Shown: piece by piece, positions 48,870-59,839 of the stretch
How the letters are laid out: every line of letters starts with the position of its first letter
How positions within the stretch are numbered: position 1 is the stretch's first letter
Assembly (NCBI GenBank): GCA_958009085.1
Contig: OY253687.1
Span: 124,001 to 188,000, forward strand
Length of the DNA stretch: 64,000 nt
Direction of reading: 5' to 3'
Source of the DNA: Protoeuglena noctilucae
Taxonomy: Eukaryota
Translations under genes and position numbers: made by a program
Notes under the pieces: generated by a model
Told to the model about the DNA's origin: nothing
The model's input: only the letters and a program-made list of their open reading frames with translations
The model's database searches: none

Positions 48870-51800
48870 TCAAAGGGCCCGGCCGCTGCTGGTGGTGAAG
48901 GTCGCGAGCAGCGCGCGAGCCTCCGCGTCAAGCTCGCCACGGGCACCCCACTCCTCGCCCCGGCGCCAGTCGTCTTTAGGATGCCTGGCGGGCCGCACCG
49001 CAGCCGCCTCACGCCCATCCGCCCACCCGTCACGCTGGCCCCCTGCGCTGCCGCGGCGGCTCCCTGCCCCCTCCGATCGCCCGCTGCGGGGCCCCGCGAC
49101 GAGGAGCGTCGAGGGGTCGACATCGGACGGCCGCGAGTGGCGGCTTGCGGCGCGGAAGGGGGGCCGGGGGTCGGCCGCGTCCAGCGGTGCCGCGTCGTGC
49201 GCCGTGGCGACGACGGTGGCCGCCAGAGGCCGCGGACCGTCGTGATCGGTGGTCCGGGCCGACCGGGTGGCGGCAACGAAGGCCGGCTGCTGTCGGGATG
49301 CGGGCACCCCCTGCCCCGCCGCGCGCACCGTCCGCTTGGACGACTTGTCCCGGACGTCCTCCAGCTGCTGCTTCAGGAATCTGCGCGCGGAATTCCACCG
49401 TGACGAATCGCGTCTGTTGAAAACGAGAGCTGTCCGCTTGCTACTCCGACCCCCCCAATTCATGCCACCTCGCCTGATCCTGTCCCGCTCCCGCTCCAGG
49501 TCCGGGTCGTGTTTCCACGTCCCCTCGTCCACCTCCACCCGGGCCGCCTCACGCGTGCGCTGCCTCCGCGCCCGTGCCTCATGCGTCAGGCGCTCAAAGG
49601 GCTGCGGAAGGCCGGGACCGAGAAGGCAATCAGTGGGTTCTTCTCACTACACGGGGCGACGAGGAGAGCACTGAGACGGCCATCGCCAGCCCCGCTTTTG
49701 CCAAGCGCAGTCGCTCACCACCAACCCCTCTGCCTCCGTCCTTCCCCGCGCCTCCCCCTTCCTCCCCCGCCTATTCTCCGGCAGGAATGGCAAGCTTAGA
49801 GGCTGCGGCTCAGGCACAGGGACACACCCCGCCCCTCGTCCCCCACGCTCCGCGTCATCGCCCCACTCGGCACTCCCGACCTCAGCAATGGTCCCCAGAC
49901 CCCCCTGGCCAGGCCAGCCAAGCGTGTCGCGCTCTTCCCCCGGAGGCACGCCCGCCTCCACGCCCCCTTCGCTGGACCACTGCCCCTCGTCCCTTGCCGC
50001 CTCAGCTGCCCCCCATCCCCCGTCATCACCGTACCCTGCCCCCGGACTGTTCGCCATGTCGCCCCCGTAGACGGTCGGGTCACCCATACCCATGCCCTCC
50101 AACTCCTGCACCCGGTTGACCCACCGCAGGCGGCGGCCGACGCTCTCGGCAGCGATGGTGTGCGACAGGGGCTGCGAGCCCAGCGGGGTGACGCGACGGC
50201 GGACGTACGTGGCCGGGTCGAGGGGTCGGGCGTGCTCGCGTCGCCGCCGCGCCGTGCCCGCGCTCAGAGGATGCGGGACGGGCGCCGGCGGGTGTGGGAC
50301 CCAGGGGGGCTGAGCTCCGGTCCCAGCAGGCATGCTGGGCGCATCGGCCCTGCGCGGCGGCGACACCTCGGCCGAGACGCGCAGAGGGGCGGGGCACGAG
50401 ACGGCGGCGTTGCGGCTGGCGAGGATGGGGTTGGCGAAGTGCCAGGTGGCCGGCTTGGCCGTCTCCCTCCGCCGCCGCCGCTCGGCCTCTGCCGCCTCGC
50501 GGCTGGCGCGCACCGCAGCCTCCAGGTCCCGCGACAGCTGCTGCGTGCCGGGAGGCGCGGCAGACGTCGCAGCGGCGGCCGGCGACAGCGCCAGGGGGGC
50601 CGCGAAGTGCCAGGACGCGGCCTTGCGCTTGGGCAGGGGCGCGCGCTGCGGCACGGCCTCCGGGCTCGCGCTCCGCTCGATGGGCGGCAGGGTCGTCTTC
50701 CCGCCGGCCGCTGCCGCCGCGGCCTCCAGGGCCCGGAGGGACGCCTCCAGGTCCAGCAGGTGACGGGTGGCGGGGGGGAGTGGGAAGAGCTGGGGGCTGC
50801 ACGCACGCGCCAGGGGAGAGCCCTCCGGGAAGGGCGTCCCCATGACTTTACCCCCGGGGCCTTGCACCGCCATAGTCGATGCCGGGGCAGCGGGGATGCG
50901 GGACGGCGGCAGGGGCGCAACGGCCGCGGCCGGTGCTGCGGGCGGCAGCAAGCGACAGTTGCGTCACGGCAAGTCCAGCGGCTGCCCAAATGGCAGCTGC
51001 TGTCAGACGAGGCATTGCCCAGCGCAGTCGCCACCCGCTGCCCCCACCTGTGGCTGGCGCCTGCTCCGTCCCCTCCCCTGCCTGGTCCTCGCCCCGCCTC
51101 CCCTCGTCGCCCTCGTCGTCCGACTCTCCCTCCATGTTCTGGACGGCGCTCTTGGCCACCCGCTGCAGCAGAGCCATTGCGTCCCTCTGCTCCTCGGTCC
51201 ACGTCCTCGCCAATGGCCCCCGCGCCCCCACCTCCACCCCCACCTCCGCTCCCGAGTCCCCACTCCCGCTGCCGCGGTCCTCAAAACCCTCCACGCTGCC
51301 CCACGCCCCCTCCGACAACGACGACGATGCGGGCCCCATGCCCACATCTACGCCAGGATCCAGGCGCACTGGGCTCTCCTGGCGGCTCAGAGACCCCAGG
51401 GGCTGCTCTGGTGCCGCGCCCGCACCTGTGCCGATCACGTCCGCGAGCGAAGCCTCCCCCGCGGTCCCATCGCCCCGCCCACTCCCCGCCCCCGCCTGCG
51501 AGGCCGCGTCGCTCGCGGCGCCCTCCTCGGACCCCTCGGCGATCGTCGGCTCCGTCGGCGCCACGTGCTCGTGGCTCACGAACGCAGGCTCCTCGGACTG
51601 CAGCGTCGCGTCGTCGTCCAGGTCGCGCGGGCGCGGCGAGGGGACGCGCTCCAGCACGACCCTGACGTGGCCGTCCGCGTCCTCCATCAGCGTCACCGCC
51701 CGCAAGGAGGGGCCCCGGAGGAGGGACTCGGGAGGAGACCGCGGGACTGACTCGGCCTGGAACCGCGAGGGAGGGGTGCGGATGCAGCCGCCACGCGACG

Positions 51801-53556
51801 CCGGGCGCGGCTCTGGGGGTGTCGAGGGCAGCGTGTACGAGTAGGTGGGCGGCACGGGTGAGGCTGATACGGCATTGGTCTGTGGGGTCCGCCCCACGGA
51901 CCGCAGCGAGCCCATGGCCCCCAGAGACCGTACGGAGGATGATGCCCGGGGCGCCTGCCCTGAGGGACCTGCAGGCTCCTGCCCCTCGGCGGCTGACGCG
52001 GCCCGGGCGTCGTGCACGTCCGCCATGCTCTGCGACCGGCCACGGGACGCGACGCCCAGGCCTGCGGGGGGCCCATCCGGTGGGGGCGTGCGGAAGGACG
52101 CGACTCTCTCCATCATCGATGCCAGCTTGGCCTCCTTCTCCTGCGGAGCAGGACGCGAGGGTGAATGAGCAAGTGCGTGCTAGATGGTGGAATGCGCTGA
52201 CATGCTCGGCTGTAACCCACGCCTGCACGTCCTCTCAGACCTGCACAAGGCTCGCCCCATCATCCCTGGCACACCTTGAGGGTCGCGAGGCTGTCGCGGA
52301 CGGACGACCTCCGCGAGAGCTGCTTTGACATCGCCGGCGGAGCGGTCTGCGGCTCCGCCACGCGCATCATCCGGACGGAGACCGTGCCGTCCGGCCCGGC
52401 GGTCATGTCCACGCGGCGCATGGAGGGGCGCTTGGAGGCCTGGCCGGCGCTCTGGGACGTGCGCGGCGGTGTGCGCGGGACAGAGAGGGACGACGGCGGG
52501 GTGCGGGGGGGGCTGGGAGTCTTCGACATCGAGGAGGTCTTGCGTGACGGGCGGCGCTCCGGGGCACGCATGCTCGAGTCGCGCCTGCAAATCACAATGG
52601 GGCTTTGAGGGCGTCGTTAGTTAATATGCATGGAGCGCCTCTGCAGGGCAGGCACAGGCGCGGACGCCTCACCGCAGCTCCAGGTTGACGTGCCCCTCCT
52701 CATCCACTCTCAGCAGCAGGTTGCGCCGCGAGGGCGCGGGGGACCTGCGCACGGCACCCTTGGAGCCGCTCTCGGGCGTGGTCCTGCCTGAGGAGGCCGC
52801 CGGCGGCCCCATGCGGGCGGGACTTGGGCTCCGCCGGGGAAGGTCGCCACCAGCCCGAGACAGGTTCAGCAGCACGCGGCCACTGTCGCTGGCCACCAAG
52901 TCAACGCGGCGGATCGACGGCGAAGCTGAGATGGACGAGGACAGGGTGCGCGTGGGAGATGAGGTCCCGTCCGGGGGGAGCAACCGCGCGTTGAAGCTCC
53001 GCATGGAGCGGCCCGTCTTCACGCCCCAGGAGAAGGAACTCCCGCCGTCCGCGGGGCCCCTGCGGACAGGAACAATGGCATGTTTCCGGTCATGCCGTTA
53101 GTGGGTCGAATGATGACCGCGGGAAATCTGGACGGCGTCGCGAGCTGAGATGCATGTCACCCGGCCAGAAAAGCCGGCTGCGTGCTCCGCGGCGCAGGGA
53201 GGCCTTTTGCCAGCAAACACGAAATGAACATATGCGAGGACAGGCTCTTCAGACCTGAGAAAGAGCCAATGAGCCCCAGGGACAGCTGCGCAAACCCATG
53301 AGCCTGCTCGCGCCTGCAACTCCTGGTTCGCCCCTCCTCGCCACAGTGCGGCACGTCCGCCCACGGAAACAGTCATCAAGGAACCATAAAGACACGCAAA
53401 TAGCATGAAAACGTCTCAGGCGAGCTGCGAAATAGTTGGCGTCGCAATCGCGGCCAGCCGGAGGGTGTTAGGGGGAGCGCAGGAGCCAATTGGTTACCTG
53501 CGAAGCGAGCCCGTGGGCGGGCTTCGCGGAGGAGCCCTCTCGACGGACGCCTCCAT
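48870..53556 (-). CDS. Large Pro/Ser/Ala-rich low-complexity protein with dispersed repeated motifs, function unknown
   Basis: Exon 1 MEASVERAPP (donor AG|GTAACC) splices in frame to ORF 52669; further ORFs 52260, 50848, 49647, 48870 are flanked by GT-AG sites. Confidence 0.6.
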
Positions 53557-54013
53557 CGCCCTTCCACCTTACCCTCGAGCATTCACAGGCTCCAAGCTCC
53601 TGTACCAAAGCTCAAGGGGAGAGAGACAGGGCGCAGCAGGGATTCGGTGGAATCACCGGCTGCAGCCCCGACCCACGAGGCTGGACATGTGCATGCGTGT
53701 CGTGGACTTGAGGAGACGTCAGATGCATCAAAAGACACACAGCCCGGTCGCGGCCCCACAAGCGCATGTGACGCACACCTCGACGCGGACGCGCAGCTGG
53801 CGTGTGCCAGCGTGAGCGCACAAAACTGACAGCCGTGAGGCACGCGCGCAGATCGCTTGGGCCGGCCGATGCTGTCATCATTAGACGGCGTCATCTGCAT
53901 GCTGCTCATCGCGCGTTTCGTGGGCTAGGGTGGGGTGGCAGGGCCTGAGGGCGAGGCGAAACCCCTCTTGCTGCCCATGTTCGCCGCCGCTCCGCCAATA
54001 CGGGTCAGGAATC

Positions 54014-57000
54014 ATGCACAGCTATGCGCTGGTGAAGTATCGGATGCCTTCGCGCCATGGAGGCACCGAATCAGAAGCTCCCTGCGCCTGCCCGCAGGAC
54101 CTCGTCCTGGTGGGTGGGGGCCACTCGCATCTCTCCGTGCTCAAGATGTTTGGGATGCGACCAGTCGACGGGTGACCTACCCGACGTTGCCGGGGCTCTT
54201 GCTGGCGGGGTGGCCCGTGCGATACCGCGTGGGCCGAGCAGCAACCGCAGCGATGGGCATCATCGGCAGTGCACTGTGCCTGCAGGGTGAGGCTGACGCT
54301 GGTGACGCGGGATCTGCATACGCCGTACAGGTGAGCGTGTTTGGCCGAGGTCGCCCTGGTTGTGGGGGCCCTGCCAAGCCCTTGCTTGAGCGCAGCGAAC
54401 CTGCCGAAACGCCCTTCCCGCTCACAGCGGGATGCTCCCCGGGTATGTGTCAGGCTTCTACTCCTACGACGAATGCCACATTGACCTCGCGCGTTTGGCG
54501 ACTTTCTCCCGCGCCCGGCTCGTTCACGGGGAGGTCTGCGGCATCGACCGCGCCCGCCAGGCAAGGCAGCGGTAGCGGTGTGCCACTCGGTACATGCCGG
54601 TCGCTGCCGTGGGAGTCACTGCTTCAGCAAATCTCGACGACACCGCTCCATCGCAGAAGGTCATCATCAAGGGCAGGCCACCGCTGCGCTACGACGTGCT
54701 TTCGGTGAACGTCGGCATCACGCCGGCGCCGAGCGTCCCGGGGGCGAGAGAGCACACGACGCCGGTCAAGCCCATCGACGGCTTTGTCGAGCGGTTTCAG
54801 GTGGGCGCGGGAGCGGAAAGGCACAGTAGATGTGTCCCGCATCCTGGCTGGTGGCTGGTGTCTGCAAGCATCGGTTGCCTTTCTCATCACAGCGCATTCT
54901 CGAGAGGTCGGCTGACTCAGACAAAGCGCTGCGGGTCGTGGTGATCGGGGGCGGGGCAGGGGGCGTGGAGGTATGCCTGGCGGTGCAGGCACGACTGGCG
55001 AGGGAAGCGCGTGAACGTGGAGCACAGAGCCCGGCCGTGACCCTCGTGAGCAAGGGGCGCATCCTCTCCGGCTACACTGCCTACGTGAGGAACGCAGGTG
55101 ACGGCTGGTCGCGTATGCCGCAGTCTCAAGGGGCGAGGGCCTGCTCCTGCAGCCGCCATCACAACACGAGCCCCTTGCGTGCATGCCCTCGCAGCCCTGG
55201 CCATCCTGGCCTCCCGAGGCGTCCAAGTGGTGGAGGACAGCGCCGTGGTGGAGGTCCAGGCCGGGTCGCTTCACTTGGGGGGAGGGCGGGCCGTGGCATT
55301 CGACGAGTGCCTCTGGTGCACGCAGGCGGCGGGGGCGGGGTGGCTGGCGGAGACGGGGCTGCCCACCGTGGCGGACGGCTTCCTCGCCGTGAACGAGTTC
55401 CTCCAGAGCACGGGCGACCGTAACGTCTTTGCCGTGGGAGACTGCGCCACGAGCGTGACGGACCCCCGGCCCAAGGCTGGGGTCTTTGCCGTGCGGCAGG
55501 GGCCCGTGCTGGCGAACAACCTGCGGGCCCACCTGCAGGGCCAGCCCCTCCAGCCATTCCGGCCTCAGGTGAGACGAGGCAGGGCAGCCTGGCATTAAAG
55601 GGCGCTGCCTGGTGGCGTATCCCCACTCGCGTGCTGTCCCGCAGGGCACGTACCTGTCTCTGATATCGACGGGGGGCCGCCACTGCATTGCCGCAAAGGG
55701 CTGGCTGGCTGCTCAGGGCGCGTGGCTGTGGACGCTCAAGGATTGGATCGACCGGTCGTTCGTGCGGAGCTTCGGGGACGGTCTGCCCCGGATGCCGGGG
55801 GCCGCCACCGCGCAGCAGCCCCGCGACGCCGTGCCGGCCACGTCCGCCGAGGAGCTGGCGCTGCGGCAGGAGGCGCGGATGCGGTGCGCGGGGTGCGGGT
55901 CCAAGGTGGGCGCGTCAGCGCTGTCCCGTGCACTGTCGCGGGCGAGGGCGGAGGCGGGGGACGCGGGGGCGCGGGTCTTCGGCGACGGGCGGGTGGAGGA
56001 CGCGGCTACGCTCCCTCTCCCGGTCGCATCCACCGGGGGCGTGCTGCAGAGCGTCGACTTTTTCCGCAGCCCCGTGTCGGACCCGTACGTCCTCGGGCGC
56101 ATCGCGGCAGTGCACTCCCTCTCAGACCTGCACGCGGTGGGGGCGCGCCCGGTGGCGGCCATGGCGCTGTGCACGGTCGAGACGGCCTCGGAGGCACTCA
56201 TGGAGGACGACCTGTACCAGATGCTGAGGTGAGGCGCTGCCGCTCATTGGCACGGGTCGCGTGCCATGTGACGGGAGCGGCTGCCTGCGTGCGCTTCGAC
56301 AGGAGTGGATGCCTGCTACCCCGCGCAGGGGAGCGGGCGACGTCTTCACAGCAGAGGGCTGCGTCGTGTCGGGGGGGCACACGACCGAGGGACCCGAGGC
56401 GGTGATGGGCTTTGCCGTGACTGGGGTGGAGGATGGGCCGCGAATGCGTAAGGGCCCCATGCGTCCACGAGATGCCCTGGTGCTGACGAAGGCCCTGGGA
56501 ACGGGCGCCCTCCTCGCGGCCGGCATGCGGGGGGCGGCCAAGGGGCGGTGGGTGGCGGCCGCACTGGCACAGATGCAGGTGTCCAACGCAGGGGCCGCGC
56601 GGGTGGCCCGCGAGGCGTCGGTGATGGCGTGCACGGACGTGACGGGGTTCGGGCTCCTCGGGCACTTGAAGGAAATGCTCAACGCGTCACCGGGGGTCGG
56701 GGTCGAGTTGGGTGAGTGCCATGACCACGTGCTGGGTAGGGTAGCGGCAACGAAGGCACAGCGCTGAGCTTGGAGTTGTCAAACGGAGCCTCATGTTTCC
56801 TCGCTCATCCCCCCAGACGCGGCTTCCCTTCCATTCTTGGACGGTGCCGTGGAGTGTGTGGCTGATTCAGGGGTCCTCAGCACCCTGCACGTGGCCAATG
56901 CGCGGGCCACGTCCCTAGTGCACCACTTTGAGGAGGTCTCGGCGCGGTGGGGGGCGTGGCCTCTGCTGGTCGACCCCCAGACATGCGGGGGGCTGCTGTT

Positions 57001-57127
57001 TGCTGTGCCTGGGGAGGCTGCGGCGTCAGTGGTGGAGAAACTCCGCGAGAGTGGCCTCAGTCGCGCGGCCGTGATCGGCCGGGTAAGCGAGGGGTCGGGG
57101 GTGACGGTCCGCCTGCCGAAAGAATGA
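54014..57127 (+). CDS. selD: Selenide, water dikinase fused to an N-terminal FAD-dependent pyridine nucleotide-disulfide oxidoreductase-like domain
   Basis: [59 protein letters not shown]; then [60 protein letters not shown]. Confidence 0.95.
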
Positions 57128-57216
57128 CCGACAGCGTCAGTAGCCCTGCAGTGTCTGTGTGTGTTAGGATTGAAAGCCTGCCGGGCCGGCTGTGCGGGTG
57201 TGTCCCACTCATGGCG

Positions 57217-59398
57217 TTAGCAAGCATATGACAAAAGAGGGAAGACGTTGCGGTAGTATACGATTCCTTCCCGGCCTCCCTCGTCGCGGCACAGGCGCCC
57301 CCTCTCCTCCGCCAGCGTCAGCAAGTCCACCGACAGCGCCAGAGCCACGCTGAGCTTGGCAGCCACCTGCGTCGAAAGGACTTGCAGATGAATGCGCGAC
57401 GCCATCGCTCGGCCCAGGTCAGCCATAGCTACATCTGTAGTGCTAGCCAGCATGCTCTAGCAAGTCCAGCCAAGTCTGCTGAGGCTCACCTCTGCCGCCG
57501 TGACTCCCGGCCCCAGCTGCGTTCCCGGGGCATCCACCAGCGCCGCGATGCGGTTCACCAGGGCGTCCGGGGAGCACTCGGGGCTGTGGACGACTACGAC
57601 GCCTGGGCCGACCTTGGAGGACCCCAAAGGGAGGCCCTGGGGAGGGACAGGGAAGGCCAGTCCGGTCACAGATCAGTGACAGCAGGACGTTACTTGTGGC
57701 GAGAGGCGCAGCAGCTCGTCTTGCTCACCAGGGGCCCAAACAGCTTGACTGCGGCGATGAGTTCGTCGGGGGATACCAACTCCGTGCCACGTGCGCGATT
57801 GAAGAAGTACCAAAGGTCCGTCATGGCCACCATGCCACCCCGGTCCGCGAGGAGACTCGGCCGTGACTCTGCCTCGCGCCCTGCACGAAGCAGCATGCGT
57901 CGCAACACTCGCCATTCCACCCAAGTGAGGCCACCGACCAGCAGTGACGGTTGGCACGCGCAGACCCTCGCTGCTTCCACCCAGCCCCATCTTTGCATGG
58001 CAGTGAGCTTTTCCTTGCCTGCTGGACCAGCCCGTGGCCGCAAGAGAAAGTCGCACAGCTCCCTCGCCAGCTCCTTCTCGAACCCTCCCCCAGCCATCTC
58101 CCGCGTCACGGGGTTGGTGATGCCCATGTCCAGAACGACGCTCTGCATCATCGCCACGTCCTCCGCGTCCGCCTCGCCCTCGCCCTCGCCCTCCCGCCTG
58201 CAGCCAAACAGCATGGGCAAGGCTGCGACCCACCCCCACCACTGACAGCTGCCGCGCCGCACACACTCCGACCAGCACCGACGAATGTTGCTGACTGGCC
58301 CAGCTAGCTCTCCGCGGCTCTGCCCTCACGCGCTGCGCACGGCCGCTGCCATCTCCTCTGCCAGCTTCACGACGTCCTTGGCCCTCTGCATCAGCGAGTC
58401 GAGGTCTCCCAGGGCGCCCTCGAGCAGCGCGCTCTGCTGCCGAATGCGCTCCTCCTCCCTCGCACGCACGCGCGCCAGGCCCACGCCGCCCTGACCCACG
58501 GCGGACGGTCCCTCCGCTGGGGACAAGACCGGGGCAGACGAGGACGCGTGCAGCTCAGGTGGCCCGCGCCTGTTGCTGGCGTTGGCAAACTGCCACTCAA
58601 CTGCGAGAAAGCGTCGGACGGGGCCTTTGCACGGCAGGCATGGACATTACATGTGGTGGTCGCGCTCCGCCTCACTGACGCCTCACCCGCTTCCTGCAGA
58701 GGGCGACCCTGCGTGGCGATCAGCGCCTCCCGGGCCGCACCCCGCTCGATTCCCATCTCCACCAGCCTCTGCAGTGCTCCCGCGTCCACGGTGACGGCCT
58801 CGCTCCCCGCACGCTCGTAGACGCTGACCGGAGGGGACGGCCCCGACGTGCCTGGCGCCCCGGAAGGGCCAGGCGCCGACTGCGGCAGCTGAGCGAGCCC
58901 TGTGACGATAGCCTGGTGCAGTCGGTCCGCCCCGCTCTTGAGGGCCAGGTAAGCCTTGAGCAGCCGAACGGGGCTGGTCAAGGCGCCGGCGGGCCGCCCC
59001 TCCAGGTCCGCCCGCAGCTGCAGCCGGACGCGGCTGGGGCCGAAGACGCGGGCGCCAAAGGGCAGCTGCTTGAGCTTGCAGTCTGCGATGTGATGGAGGC
59101 TCACGGAGACGGCAGAAGGCCCCGCGGGCGATGGGGGCGCAACCCAGACCACTCGGGACGTGGTCACCACCGCCGTCCCGCCCTTCATCGGAGTCTTGAG
59201 ACCCAACTCCGTTGCCTCGACATCCACACCATCCGCGACGGCCAGCTGGGACTCCCCTGGTGCCAGCTGTGGCAGAAACAGAGGCACGAATGAAATCCCT
59301 GGGCTCCTCGCCTCCCTGCGAAGCGCGCTCAAGATAGATCAGCTCACCTCTGGTCGTCCCGACAAGGTGAGGTTCGATGGCGTGAAAAAGGATTCCAT
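57217..59398 (-). CDS. VPS36: ESCRT-II subunit VPS36 with UBA-like insert
   Basis: LTLSGRPEL, GTAVVTTSRVVW (GLUE/PH), ALGDLDSLMQRAKDVVKLAE, MGITNPVTRE, GGMVAMTDLWYFFNRARGTELVSPDEL, AEERGRLCRD...YYRNVF. Confidence 0.93.
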
Positions 59399-59839
59399 CC
59401 ACGCAGGTGGCGTGCTTTGGTCAGCTCTGATTCGCTCTGCACTGAGAGGCTGGGCTAGGCAGAGCAATTATGTTGATCAAGCTTTTAATATGCCACCACA
59501 CGGCGCCAATAAGGCGTTTTGGCAAGGGCCCGCCAGGAAACGTCAGTGACCGTTGTTAGCCGGCCCTTTTCAGCACTTTGGCCGCACACCTGCGAAAGTC
59601 TGGCCTGTCGGTCGACGCGCCGCATGGTATCGCCCATCAGAAGGGCGTTTTGTCACAGTATCGAGGCGCGCCGTGCCCGCGGGGTGGGCGCTCGCACCAG
59701 CCGAGGGTGTCGAGCCCTGCAGGGCCGCCGCAGGCGGCTTGAGGGCCGATGTCGTCGTTTCTCACGCCGAGGACCCCTAGGTGAAGCGCGAAGAAGGGTC
59801 GGAAGCTCGGCGGACTCGACAGGAGAGACTCGCACATGC

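Noticed and set aside
31818..57127. Possible selenium cluster (SECp43-like RRM gene, thioredoxin folds, SelD)
   Set aside because: The RRM gene has the three-RRM RBP45/47 layout, the genes are far apart with unrelated genes between, and no Sec-position TGA was seen
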